DNA of 64,000 nucleotides from the NCBI GenBank assembly GCA_964399485.1, contig CAYNQS010000001.1, positions 64,797-128,796 on the forward strand, given 5' to 3'. Below, piece after piece: positions 36,973 to 45,893 of the stretch (its first letter is position 1; every line of letters starts with the position of its first letter). The notes beneath the pieces are model-generated. The model was not told where the DNA came from, made no database searches, and saw nothing but the letters and a program-made list of their open reading frames with translations. A program made the translations under genes and the position numbers. This stretch comes from an uncultured Candidatus Bathyarchaeia archaeon. Its GTDB lineage: Archaea; Thermoproteota; Bathyarchaeia; Bathyarchaeales; Bathyarchaeaceae.

Positions 36973-37503
36973 ATGAAAACAAATGAAATAACGTTAGCGA
37001 TAGTTTTTGCAAGTTTGTATGCAGTTTTAGTTATTGCTTTAGGAACAGTTGGTCAAGGTCCTGTGCAATTGCGTGTTGCAGATTGTCTGATTCCCTTAGC
37101 CGCTTTGTTTGGTTGGCCAGTTATTGCCGGAGTAACAGCTGGATGCTTTATTGGTAACTCGGTTGTGTGGTTGGGTACAGAGGATGTTGTCTTTGGAACA
37201 ATTGCTAACTTTATCGCAGCAACCATAGTTTTTCTTCTTAGAAAACGGCAACTGTTGGCTTGCACTGCTGGTTCTTTTCCAATCGGAATAATTGTGGGCA
37301 GCTATCTTTGGCTATTCTTCGAGTTCCAAATAGACGTCTTTGGGTTACAAATTCCAGCGTGGGCTAGTATGATGGTTAGCATTACAATTAGCACTTTGAT
37401 TGTGATGTCGGGAATAGGCTACGCTATACTCAAAACATTGAGCAGTTCCAGCCTTATCCAGACGTTCAAATCTTGGGGAATAAAAGTTTACAATAAAGAA
37501 TAA
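36973..37503 (+). CDS. queT: QueT-family (queuosine/archaeosine precursor) transporter S-component
   Basis: 176-aa polytopic protein with a GPVQLRVADCLIPL segment like the QueT family (COG4708). Confidence 0.7.
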   Translation: MKTNEITLAIVFASLYAVLVIALGTVGQGPVQLRVADCLIPLAALFGWPVIAGVTAGCFIGNSVVWLGTEDVVFGTIANFIAATIVFLLRKRQLLACTAGSFPIGIIVGSYLWLFFEFQIDVFGLQIPAWASMMVSITISTLIVMSGIGYAILKTLSSSSLIQTFKSWGIKVYNKE

Positions 37504-37654
37504 ACTGCATCAAAGAATAACGGAAGAAACAAACTAACTATGCTATCTATGATTGGGGTTTAGGCACAAATTTTTTGAGTGCTAGTGTATGGAAATAACT
37601 TATGTATAGGTAGTATCGACAGATTGAAGATGCATTAAATTAGGTGAAACAAAA

Positions 37655-38248
37655 ATGCGTAACAAAATAATGTCAAAAATTTTAGTAACATTCATTATAG
37701 CATCGATGGCATCAGCAGCCACGATGTCATCAAATGTCTTCACTGTATTCGCACAACAAGCCACTCTTGAGGATGTCATTGCAGAGATAGAAGTGCTTAA
37801 CGATAGACTGGATGACATAGAAGAAAATCTAACCGCCCTGAATTCAGCCATAGCCTCATTGAGTGCTGCAGTTGATAAGCTGGAGGGGATCATGTATACT
37901 CTCAGCGCAACCACCGCAACTGCCTCGGAAGTAGCTCGTTTTGATTCAGTTTTGGACAATCTAGCCAACATGGTCAATAACGCATGGTCAATCACAACTT
38001 CTCTCAACGCCACTGTCGCGACCAAATTAGAGTTAGCCGCTGTAAGTTCAACTGTAGACGAACTTGAAGTCACCTTGGATTCTCTCAGCGCACGCACACA
38101 AGCAACAGAAAGCTACCTGAAAGAAAACATCGAACTCTTGAAAATACTGGTAGTGGTAGCACTCGTTTTGGCTCTGGTGGCAGCAGTTGCTGCAATAGCG
38201 TCAGTCTACATTATGCTGAAAAAAACCAAGACCCCGAAAGCTGGGTGA
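37655..38248 (+). CDS. Secreted coiled-coil protein with C-terminal TM anchor
   Basis: Signal peptide, long Ala/Leu/Ser/Thr heptad region, C-terminal hydrophobic helix plus KKTKTPKAG. Confidence 0.6.
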   Translation: MRNKIMSKILVTFIIASMASAATMSSNVFTVFAQQATLEDVIAEIEVLNDRLDDIEENLTALNSAIASLSAAVDKLEGIMYTLSATTATASEVARFDSVLDNLANMVNNAWSITTSLNATVATKLELAAVSSTVDELEVTLDSLSARTQATESYLKENIELLKILVVVALVLALVAAVAAIASVYIMLKKTKTPKAG

Positions 38249-38425
38249 ATCTTCCTCCTTTTTATTTTTTATAGAGTGTAACGTTGAAGTGACCTTAATT
38301 TGGCATTATGAATTTTCGATAGGACTAAAATAAAAAATGTTAGTATTTATTTGACTGCGCAAACTGTAAATAAGGACAATTTTATTATTATCTTTTGATT
38401 AATTTGCTTTTCATGGGGGTTTGTC

Positions 38426-40108
38426 ATGAATATTTCAACGTTTTGTCGTAGAATGAGAGAAGAAGTTGCTGAACACTCAGTTGGAAGAGAAGATACTGCC
38501 GCTTTTCTAATATGGTATTTAGAAAACTATTTTAGACTTGAAACTGTTGATGCAATAAGTTCTGTTTGTGACAGTAGAAACGATAGAGGTATTGATGCAA
38601 TTTTTGTAGATGATGATGATCAAACCATATATATTTTTCAATCAAAGTTTAGCCCATCAAATAGGCAACGTCAAGGGGATAGAGATCTGAGAGATTTTAT
38701 GGGGACCCTACAATGGTTCAATAATGAAGCAGCGGTAAGGACATTGAAAAATGGAACAACAAGCCAAGAATTGAAATCTATTATCGAGAATCAAAAGATC
38801 ATAGAGAAAATAGATTATGAAAAGAGATTGGTTTTTGTAACTAATAAAAGATTTAATGACCATGCAAACGAATATCTTGCTACCACAGAGAATTTTGAAG
38901 CATATGATTTACAAAATCTTTTTGACAAATATACTTACTTTGCAGAGGAAGAAATTGATTTACCTGAGGTCGAATTAATCATTTCAAATTTGACCAACAT
39001 TGCATATAATTTGACTGGCGGGTTAAGGGCAAGAGTGTATGCAATTAGAGCCAAAGAACTTCTCAAGTTACATGGGATTCAAGATCGAACTCTCTTCTAC
39101 AAAAATGTGCGGTATAGCGTAGGAAAAACAAGGGTAAACAAAGATATTAAGAAAACTATTGATCAAAGAAACGAACATCAGAATTTCTTCTTGTATCATA
39201 ATGGCATCTCAATTATATGTAGAGAATTAACTGAGGATCACCAGAATCACAGAATAAGACTAAGGGGATATGCTATAGTTAATGGATGCCAATCCATGCT
39301 AACTTTCTATGAAAATCGGAATGAATTAAGTAACAACTTGTATGTCTTGGTCAAGATAATAACCATCAATCCAACATCCCCCTTGATCAAAAAAATTACG
39401 CATAATGCCAATAATCAAAACTCTATAAGCATTCGGGACCTCAGATCCAACGACTCAGTTCAAACTTGTTTGCAAAGAGAATTTCAAGAAATATTTGGTG
39501 ACAGGGTTTTTTACAATAGAAAACGGGGAGAGCTCTCTCCAAACGCTGATATTGTAATCGACAAAGATTTGGCTGCACAACTTATTACAGCAGTATATTT
39601 GAAGGAACCACACATGACTCATTTGAAGCAAAAACTGTTTGGAGAATATTACTCCAAAATCTTCTCAAGAAACATGACAGCGGAAAAAATATTCTTAGCC
39701 AAAAAAATCTATGATATTGTGGAAGAAAATTCTGATTTATTAGATAACGAACGCATTAGAAATTATGGTCTATCGCTCTTTTTCTTTTCACATGTCCTTG
39801 CAGAGATCCTGAACATGGATGAAACTGGTGCTGAAATACTAAATAATCCAAGACAATATATTGTAGATCAAATTGATCCTCTAACAAACAGTATAAGGCA
39901 AATCTGGAGATTAATAACGCCAGATATAAATGTCGATATAGAGGAATACACCGAACAAAATGATAATTATTTTGATTACAAAAACGTTTTCAAAAATGCT
40001 AACTTTGTAAGAACGATGGGACGCCAAATTACTGCAGATTATCAAAGAGTAATACGAAGAAATAATGATGACTCCTTCTCAAGAATATTTGAAACATTTT
40101 CTACATAG
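38426..40108 (+). CDS. AIPR (abortive infection phage resistance) family protein
   Basis: N-terminal nuclease-like GIDAIFVDDDDQTIYIFQSKF and central FLYHNGISIIC...VNGCQS motifs typical of AIPR. The gene and flanks are visibly AT-rich. Confidence 0.75.
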   Translation: MNISTFCRRMREEVAEHSVGREDTAAFLIWYLENYFRLETVDAISSVCDSRNDRGIDAIFVDDDDQTIYIFQSKFSPSNRQRQGDRDLRDFMGTLQWFNNEAAVRTLKNGTTSQELKSIIENQKIIEKIDYEKRLVFVTNKRFNDHANEYLATTENFEAYDLQNLFDKYTYFAEEEIDLPEVELIISNLTNIAYNLTGGLRARVYAIRAKELLKLHGIQDRTLFYKNVRYSVGKTRVNKDIKKTIDQRNEHQNFFLYHNGISIICRELTEDHQNHRIRLRGYAIVNGCQSMLTFYENRNELSNNLYVLVKIITINPTSPLIKKITHNANNQNSISIRDLRSNDSVQTCLQREFQEIFGDRVFYNRKRGELSPNADIVIDKDLAAQLITAVYLKEPHMTHLKQKLFGEYYSKIFSRNMTAEKIFLAKKIYDIVEENSDLLDNERIRNYGLSLFFFSHVLAEILNMDETGAEILNNPRQYIVDQIDPLTNSIRQIWRLITPDINVDIEEYTEQNDNYFDYKNVFKNANFVRTMGRQITADYQRVIRRNNDDSFSRIFETFST

Positions 40109-40276
40109 AATAAAAAACTACATCAATGATGATTTGTTTTATATTAGGTCACAGTTACATTTTTTCTAATCTTTCAGGCAGACTGAAATCATAATTTTGA
40201 TAGGTAGCTTTTTGGAGGGGTCCTTGACATTTTATATAGAACCGTTACAGTTCGGAATATAAAGGGATGAGTTTAC

Positions 40277-41380
40277 ATGTCCAAAAAATACGGCATCGTT
40301 GTTTTGCGTGGAGACGGCATAAGCAAAGAAGTGATTCCAGAAGCCGTCAAAGCGCTGAATGCCGCGCAAGATGTTGTGAAGGGTCTCGATTTAAAATTTA
40401 CAGAATTCGAATGCGGCTTTGAGTACTACCAGAAAACGGGAGAACCATGGCCAGCCGACGCCTACCCTGCATGCAAAGAATCTGACGCCATTCTATACGG
40501 CGCGGTGGGAATGCCTGGAGTGGCAGGTCTGGAGCACATTGTCTACGTTCACAGGCTCCTCAGACAGAAACTTGACCTTTACGCTAATGTTCGTCCCATC
40601 AAACTTCGGGCAAACATTCCTTGTCCTCTGGCTGGAAAGAAAGCGGGTGACATTGACTTTGTTGTGGTTAGGGAGGGCACGGAAGACCTTTACACTCCTA
40701 TTCGAGGGGTTCTGGAACGTGCCGAAAAGAATGAGGTGGCTATAGATGTGAAGATAGTGACGCGGAAAGGCTCAGAGAGAATCATAAAGTATGCTTTCGA
40801 CCTTTGCAGGGCAAGAGACAGAGGAGCACCTGTGGACGGAAAAAAGAGGGTAACCTGTGTCGACAAGAGCACGGTTCTCAGAAGTTGTGTTCTTTTCAGG
40901 GAGGTCTTCGATGAGGTGGCTGAGGGCTACCCTGAAATTGAAAAAGACTATGCTTTGGTGGATGCTTGGGCTCAGTGGGCTATTAGGCGACCTGAATACT
41001 ATGATGTTGTTGTCACCACTAACATGTTTGGGGATATAATCTCAGATTTGACGTCGCCGTTTCAGGGCGGTTTGGGCGTAGCTCCTAGCGCAGAAGTTGG
41101 AGACAGGTATGGCATGTTCAGGCCTATCCACGGTAGCGCACCGAAATATTATGGCAAGAATGTGGCGAATCCTATAGCAACTATTCTGTCGGCTAAGATG
41201 CTTCTTGATTGGTTGGCTCAAAGACACGAAGATAGGTCTGCCAAAGAAGCTGCGGATAGAATTGACAATGCCGTAGACCTGACTCTTAAAGAGGGGAAAG
41301 TGCTTCCGCGTGATCTTGGAGGAGCCTCCAAAGCGGATGAGGTCGGCGATGAGATAGCCAAAAAGATTCGGGGTCTCTAA
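40277..41380 (+). CDS. Isocitrate/isopropylmalate dehydrogenase family enzyme (LeuB, homoisocitrate or tartrate dehydrogenase-like)
   Basis: VLRGDGI, VREGTEDLY and NMFGDIISDL motifs; 367 aa. Confidence 0.9.
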   Translation: MSKKYGIVVLRGDGISKEVIPEAVKALNAAQDVVKGLDLKFTEFECGFEYYQKTGEPWPADAYPACKESDAILYGAVGMPGVAGLEHIVYVHRLLRQKLDLYANVRPIKLRANIPCPLAGKKAGDIDFVVVREGTEDLYTPIRGVLERAEKNEVAIDVKIVTRKGSERIIKYAFDLCRARDRGAPVDGKKRVTCVDKSTVLRSCVLFREVFDEVAEGYPEIEKDYALVDAWAQWAIRRPEYYDVVVTTNMFGDIISDLTSPFQGGLGVAPSAEVGDRYGMFRPIHGSAPKYYGKNVANPIATILSAKMLLDWLAQRHEDRSAKEAADRIDNAVDLTLKEGKVLPRDLGGASKADEVGDEIAKKIRGL

Positions 41381-41448
41381 CTGACTTCATGATATTTTCT
41401 GAAACAGAATAGACCGTTAGCCGCAAATAGGTGAAGAGAGCTGGTTCT

Positions 41449-41871
41449 CTACTTCACGTAGAATATGTCTTTTGTCTCTTGTGGCTTCCTTGTGGTTTCT
41501 TTTCTTATTTTCTTCTCTATCTTTTTTTCTTGGCTTCCAGTTATTTTTGCGTCGTAGTCTACAAAGGCGGAAACAAGTTTGGCGAGGTTCTTGTTTATCT
41601 CCACCATCTCGTCTAGAGAGAATTGAGCCATGATGTCGGGGTTGTCAGCCCACTGCATCCATCCGGTTACGCTTCGTTGCAGTGCAAGAATTGTGAATCT
41701 GATGGTTCGCACCATGTCTAGGCGGTCTTGTCCCTCAACCTTTTCTGACTTTTTTATTTCTTTCAAGATTTTTTGGCAGTCGTTAACCCATCTTCCTTCC
41801 ATCAGCAATACCCAGTATGCCCTAGGAATTTCAGGCATAAAAGGTTTCTTAATTTCAAATCTTTTTCGCAA
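41449..41871 (-). CDS. Hypothetical protein
   Basis: 140-aa ORF, helical with a Lys-rich tail. No family recognised with confidence. Confidence 0.5.
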   Translation of the reverse strand: MRKRFEIKKPFMPEIPRAYWVLLMEGRWVNDCQKILKEIKKSEKVEGQDRLDMVRTIRFTILALQRSVTGWMQWADNPDIMAQFSLDEMVEINKNLAKLVSAFVDYDAKITGSQEKKIEKKIRKETTRKPQETKDIFYVK

Positions 41872-41906
41872 AAGGATATAAGAATCGACAAAATCTCTTT
41901 TCAGAT

Positions 41907-42809
41907 ATGAGCTTAACTACTAGGGAACAGAAAGAGCCGTCGTTGGCTTTTGGCGGGCAGGCAGTGATGGAGGGGGTGATGATGCGCTCCAAAGACCACA
42001 TGGTGGTGTGCGTGCGGCAGCAGAACAATGAGATAGTGACGAAGACGGAAAAGCTGCACTCTCTATCCGAAAAGTACAGGTTCCTGAAACTTCCTTTCCT
42101 GAGGGGTATACTGGCTCTGTTTGAAACATTGTATGCGGGGATAAAGGGGATTTATTTTTCTGCAAACGCCGCTTTTGGCGAAGATGAAAATGAGGAAGAG
42201 GTCCTTAACCCTAAAGAGATTGCCGTGGTTGTTGCCGTGGCTATATGCCTGTCGATACTATTGTTCAGCGTGACACCCTTTTTCTTAACGTCACTCCTGA
42301 ATCTGGGCGGAGGAGTCCTCTTCAACATCGCTGAAGGCGTAGTTCGACTCAGCTTCCTCTTGGTGTATCTTGCTGCTGTGTCTTTGGTTGGAGATTTCAA
42401 ACGGATATTCCAGTATCACGGCGCAGAGCATACTGCCATTAACGCGTATGAGGCTGGGGTGGTGTTGAATGTTGAAAATGCCAGAAACTATTCTCGTTTT
42501 CATGCTAGGTGCGGAACATCGTTTCTTCTTATAGTTACTTTGATTAGCATATTGTTTTTTTCGCTTATGCCCCGTGCTGATTATCTGGTAAGATTGTCCT
42601 ACAGGATTGTTCTCATTCCCGTAATTAGCGCTGTTTCCTATGAGATTTTGAAGCTCAGCGACCGGTACAGAGACTCGAGAATCATGAAGGTTTTGGTTGC
42701 ACCGGGTTTGGCTCTCCAACATCTTACCACAAGACAGCCTGACGACAATATGATCGAAGTAGCCATAAAAGCAGTGAAAGAAGTTGAACGCCTACAAAAA
42801 GGTATGTGA
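41907..42809 (+). CDS. DUF1385 family membrane protein
   Basis: GGQAVMEGVMMR and YHGAEHTAINAYE signature motifs. Confidence 0.85.
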   Translation: MSLTTREQKEPSLAFGGQAVMEGVMMRSKDHMVVCVRQQNNEIVTKTEKLHSLSEKYRFLKLPFLRGILALFETLYAGIKGIYFSANAAFGEDENEEEVLNPKEIAVVVAVAICLSILLFSVTPFFLTSLLNLGGGVLFNIAEGVVRLSFLLVYLAAVSLVGDFKRIFQYHGAEHTAINAYEAGVVLNVENARNYSRFHARCGTSFLLIVTLISILFFSLMPRADYLVRLSYRIVLIPVISAVSYEILKLSDRYRDSRIMKVLVAPGLALQHLTTRQPDDNMIEVAIKAVKEVERLQKGM

Positions 42810-42869
42810 ATGAAGTTTTGGTTTCGGGTTACTTATAATAGGCAGTTTGCATCTTTTCAGAAATAGGCG

Positions 42870-43577
42870 ATGGATTTGGATGCCTTGAAGCTTGATTTAA
42901 GGTCTTGGAAGCTGTTTTTTACTCTGTATAAGTTGGCGGAGTTGGGTGCTTCCAGCCGGACTGTTAAGGTGTCCACGGAGTATCTAGCCGAAAAACTTGG
43001 GGCGTCCCAGCAGACAGCATCCAGGCACTTAATCAGCTTGGAGAAGATGGGGTGGATAAAACGGACCATAACTCCGGAAGGCTGCTTAACAAGAATAACC
43101 AGCCAAGGCGTTGCAGAGTTAAAGAAACTGTACTCTGAGCTGCGGTTGATATTTGAGTCAGCATATCCTCCCTCAATAACCTTGGAGGGCGCCCTTTTCA
43201 CTGGCTTGGGGGAGGGAGCCTACTACGTAACCAAAGAGGGCTACCGCAAACAGTTCATGGAGAAGCTCGGTTTCGATCCCTATCCAGGCACCCTTAACCT
43301 CAAGCTGACATCCGAATATGACATAAAATCGCTATCAGAACTTGAAGCCTACCCCGCCATAGAACTGGAAGGCTTCGAGGACGAATCCAGAACTTTTGGT
43401 CCCGTGAAATGCTACCCGGCAATAATAAACAACAAAGCAAAAGGCGCCGCCATCCATGCTCTGAGAAGCCATTACGGATCATCCGTTCTGGAGATTATTT
43501 CCCCCCATTATCTTCGAAGCCTCTTGAAACTGAAAGACGGACACAAAGTGAAAGTGGAAATCCTGATCTTGCCCTAA
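42870..43577 (+). CDS. ribK: wHTH-fused CTP-dependent riboflavin kinase (RbkR-type)
   Basis: N-terminal HTH (LAEKLGASQQTASRHLISLEKMGWI) plus an archaeal riboflavin kinase domain (GLGEGAYYV, YPGTLNLKL). Confidence 0.85.
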   Translation: MDLDALKLDLRSWKLFFTLYKLAELGASSRTVKVSTEYLAEKLGASQQTASRHLISLEKMGWIKRTITPEGCLTRITSQGVAELKKLYSELRLIFESAYPPSITLEGALFTGLGEGAYYVTKEGYRKQFMEKLGFDPYPGTLNLKLTSEYDIKSLSELEAYPAIELEGFEDESRTFGPVKCYPAIINNKAKGAAIHALRSHYGSSVLEIISPHYLRSLLKLKDGHKVKVEILILP

Positions 43578-43586
43578 TCCAGCGTT

Positions 43587-44048
43587 TTATTTGTTGAAGG
43601 ATTCCACGATCTTCCGCATGATCTTTGAGGAACTGTCCAGTTCTCTCTTCCCGAATCTTCCGATCTTCACAACTTTAACGCCAAACTTTTCTTGTTCTAT
43701 TGCCTTCTGCACTTCCCTCTCTATTCCATCTTGGTCGTGACCCACAGCTATCACATCTGGCTTTATCTTCTCAATCACCTTGCCTATGCTGAAATCCTCC
43801 AAACCCAAAATCGCCTCATCCACCACCTTCAGCGACTCAACAAGCGCCCTCCGCTGATCCTCCGGCATAACAGGTTTCTTTCCCTTCCTCGCCTTAACAG
43901 TGCTGTCCCTAGCAACTATAACCACCAACTCCGCGTCTTTGCCTCCCGCCTTTTTTGCTTCCTCCAGAAATCTCACATGGCCTAGATGAAGCAGATCAAA
44001 AGTTCCCGAAGCCAAGACCACCCTTCTTTTTTTCTCTTTTTTCACCAT
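43587..44048 (-). CDS. ribL: FAD synthetase RibL (cytidylyltransferase fold)
   Basis: VLASGTFDLLHLGHVRFLEEAKK nucleotidyltransferase motif; 153 aa. Confidence 0.85.
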   Translation of the reverse strand: MVKKEKKRRVVLASGTFDLLHLGHVRFLEEAKKAGGKDAELVVIVARDSTVKARKGKKPVMPEDQRRALVESLKVVDEAILGLEDFSIGKVIEKIKPDVIAVGHDQDGIEREVQKAIEQEKFGVKVVKIGRFGKRELDSSSKIMRKIVESFNK

Positions 44049-44299
44049 GAGAACTCCACAGCTCCTAGCAGCCGCAGGGCATCCAGCAGCCCCTCACAAT
44101 AGGCAACGGACGTAAGGCTTGTTTCCAGTTTGCCTTCCCTCTGATAATACTTTGCGTCTTCCAAATAACGTTTAGCCCAATCAAAAACTGTCTTCGCTTC
44201 CTCTTCATTAAGGTGCACATCCTCTGGTATTTCTCCAATTTCTTTGATAACCCGTTCAGCGCCCCGAATATATTTTGCAACCAACTCTTCAACCGTCAT
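44042..44299 (-). CDS. DUF357 family protein
   Basis: 85-aa helical protein with YLEDAKYY...AYCEGLLDALRLLG. Overlaps both neighbouring genes, suggesting one operon. Confidence 0.65.
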   Translation of the reverse strand: MTVEELVAKYIRGAERVIKEIGEIPEDVHLNEEEAKTVFDWAKRYLEDAKYYQREGKLETSLTSVAYCEGLLDALRLLGAVEFSW

Positions 44300-45099
44300 T
44301 CAGCCATCCTCCTGACCTCTTTAGGTGCATCTGCCAGTGTGATGAGGGCTTCGGCTTCCATGAAATGTAGTTTACCTGGAAAAATGAGCGTGTGTGGAGG
44401 AGCACCGAAATGATGGTCTATCACCTCTTCTATGTAGCCTGCCTTAACCTCTGGCTGGATTGAGCCTGCCCTAGCCACTCCAATAACCAATGTTCTTGGG
44501 GTGATAACCTTTTCTTTCTTCTGTTTCTCCAGTTCCAGAAGCGTCTGCAGCGCCTCCTTGATGGTCAAGTATCTCTGTTCCTCAGCTTTTATGTCTAAGT
44601 AGCACATGGTGTGAAGTCCTCTCTCCCTGTTTTCTGAAATAACTCTATACGGAGTCTCAGAAACAAACCCCTGCTCAGAAAACGGTATGGTAACAGCTTT
44701 TCCATACTTGTAGTTCTGCAACCCAGAAATCCCTCTGACCGCCGAAACAACGGAAGCACCATGTATAACGCGGGTTCTGATTCCCTGCTTTTCTGCGCTA
44801 ATCCGTAAATCTACATGAGTCGTGGCAATCAACGGGTCTCCCGGAACCAAGAAAACCACTTTCCCCTTTTTAGCCTCTTCAAGAATCTGTTTTCCCTCTT
44901 CCTCCTCTAAGACTCTTCGCGAAACAACCTTGACTGTCTTTCCTGCCATCTCTTCCAGTTTCTTGATGGAGAGTCCAAGCATGAGGCTGGTGTAGAATTC
45001 GGCAAAAACCACGTCTGCCTCTTTCAGTTCTTCGAGTCCCCTGATGGAGATGTCTTTTTCGTCGTATAATCCTAATCCGATAAATACTAGTTCGCTCAT
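44296..45099 (-). CDS. dph5: Diphthine synthase
   Basis: LVFIGLGLYDEKDISIRGLE, GDPLIATTH. Start set at MSELVF. Confidence 0.9.
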   Translation of the reverse strand: MSELVFIGLGLYDEKDISIRGLEELKEADVVFAEFYTSLMLGLSIKKLEEMAGKTVKVVSRRVLEEEEGKQILEEAKKGKVVFLVPGDPLIATTHVDLRISAEKQGIRTRVIHGASVVSAVRGISGLQNYKYGKAVTIPFSEQGFVSETPYRVISENRERGLHTMCYLDIKAEEQRYLTIKEALQTLLELEKQKKEKVITPRTLVIGVARAGSIQPEVKAGYIEEVIDHHFGAPPHTLIFPGKLHFMEAEALITLADAPKEVRRMAE

Positions 45100-45187
45100 A
45101 GCCTTCCTGCTCCCATCTAACCTACAGTCTTTCGGCAACAAAAAATATTAGGGTAACTGTTTTCTCAATAAGAGGATACGTTTGGGT

Positions 45188-45286
45188 GGGCCCGTAGCTC
45201 AGCAAGGCAGAGCGGCGGACTGGTCCTGCGGGACTAGGTTGAGGCTCTTAACCCGTAGGTCAGGGGTTCAATTCCCCTCGGGCCCG
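45188..45286 (+). tRNA. tRNA, most likely Lys(CUU), with a 25-nt interruption in the anticodon arm; no encoded CCA
   Basis: Acceptor GGGCCCG/CGGGCCC, D-arm GCTC-AGCAAGGCA-GAGC, T-arm AGGGG-TTCAATT-CCCCT. Removing 45219..45243 gives stem GCGGG/CCCGT with loop CTCTTAA. Confidence 0.7.
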
Positions 45287-45390
45287 CTTCACTCCTCTAG
45301 ATAATGGCTGTTTTGTCACAAAATTCAAGTATCCAGCACGCCATAGTTTCTGTTGGGGTGTTCTTTGTGGCTGTTTTCAAGTTGCCGAAA

Positions 45391-45843
45391 ATGACTAAAC
45401 AGGAAATGTGGAAGCTGATTCGGAGGCAGAGGCTGTGCCGTATCGCCTTCAAGGGAGACGATTACCCGTACATGGCTCCGTTCCAGTATATCGTATTGGA
45501 TGATACGTTGTATTTTCACTTCACTGATTATGGCACGAAAATGAAGCTGATAGAAAATGACAAACGTGTCTGCGTAGAAATCGAAGAGTACCGGGAAGAC
45601 CTGAGCGAATACAGCTTCATCGTCCTAAGAGGCACCCTCAAAGTCGTCACTGACCCACAGGAAAGAGCTAAGGCGCTGCAGAAACTTGCGGAAGAGGGAG
45701 AACAGAAGCTTTCCCCGAGCTTTCTCCCTGCACACGGCTTCCGAAAAGAAGACGGCTGGAACTCACTAACTCCAGAAAACACTTCATTAGTAGCCATCAA
45801 ACTCGAGAACATAACCCAAGAAATAGGGCTGAAATCTCCCTGA
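45391..45843 (+). CDS. Pyridoxamine 5'-phosphate oxidase-like FMN-binding protein
   Basis: LCRIAF..DDYPYMAPFQYIVLDDTLYFHF and VCVEIEEY segments resemble the PNPOx-like split-barrel family. ORF open from 45304. Confidence 0.65.
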   Translation: MTKQEMWKLIRRQRLCRIAFKGDDYPYMAPFQYIVLDDTLYFHFTDYGTKMKLIENDKRVCVEIEEYREDLSEYSFIVLRGTLKVVTDPQERAKALQKLAEEGEQKLSPSFLPAHGFRKEDGWNSLTPENTSLVAIKLENITQEIGLKSP

Positions 45844-45893
45844 TTGTTGTGGTTGCGTTAAAAAGGGGGGATGGCTTCAGTTTCCTGAAGCTT

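Noticed and set aside
37600-38097. 165-aa minus-strand ORF rich in Ala/Ser/Thr/Val
   Set aside because: It is the mirror image of the Ala/Leu/Ser-rich coiled-coil gene on the plus strand (37655..38248), which has a signal peptide, heptad pattern and TM anchor. This is a typical antisense artefact.
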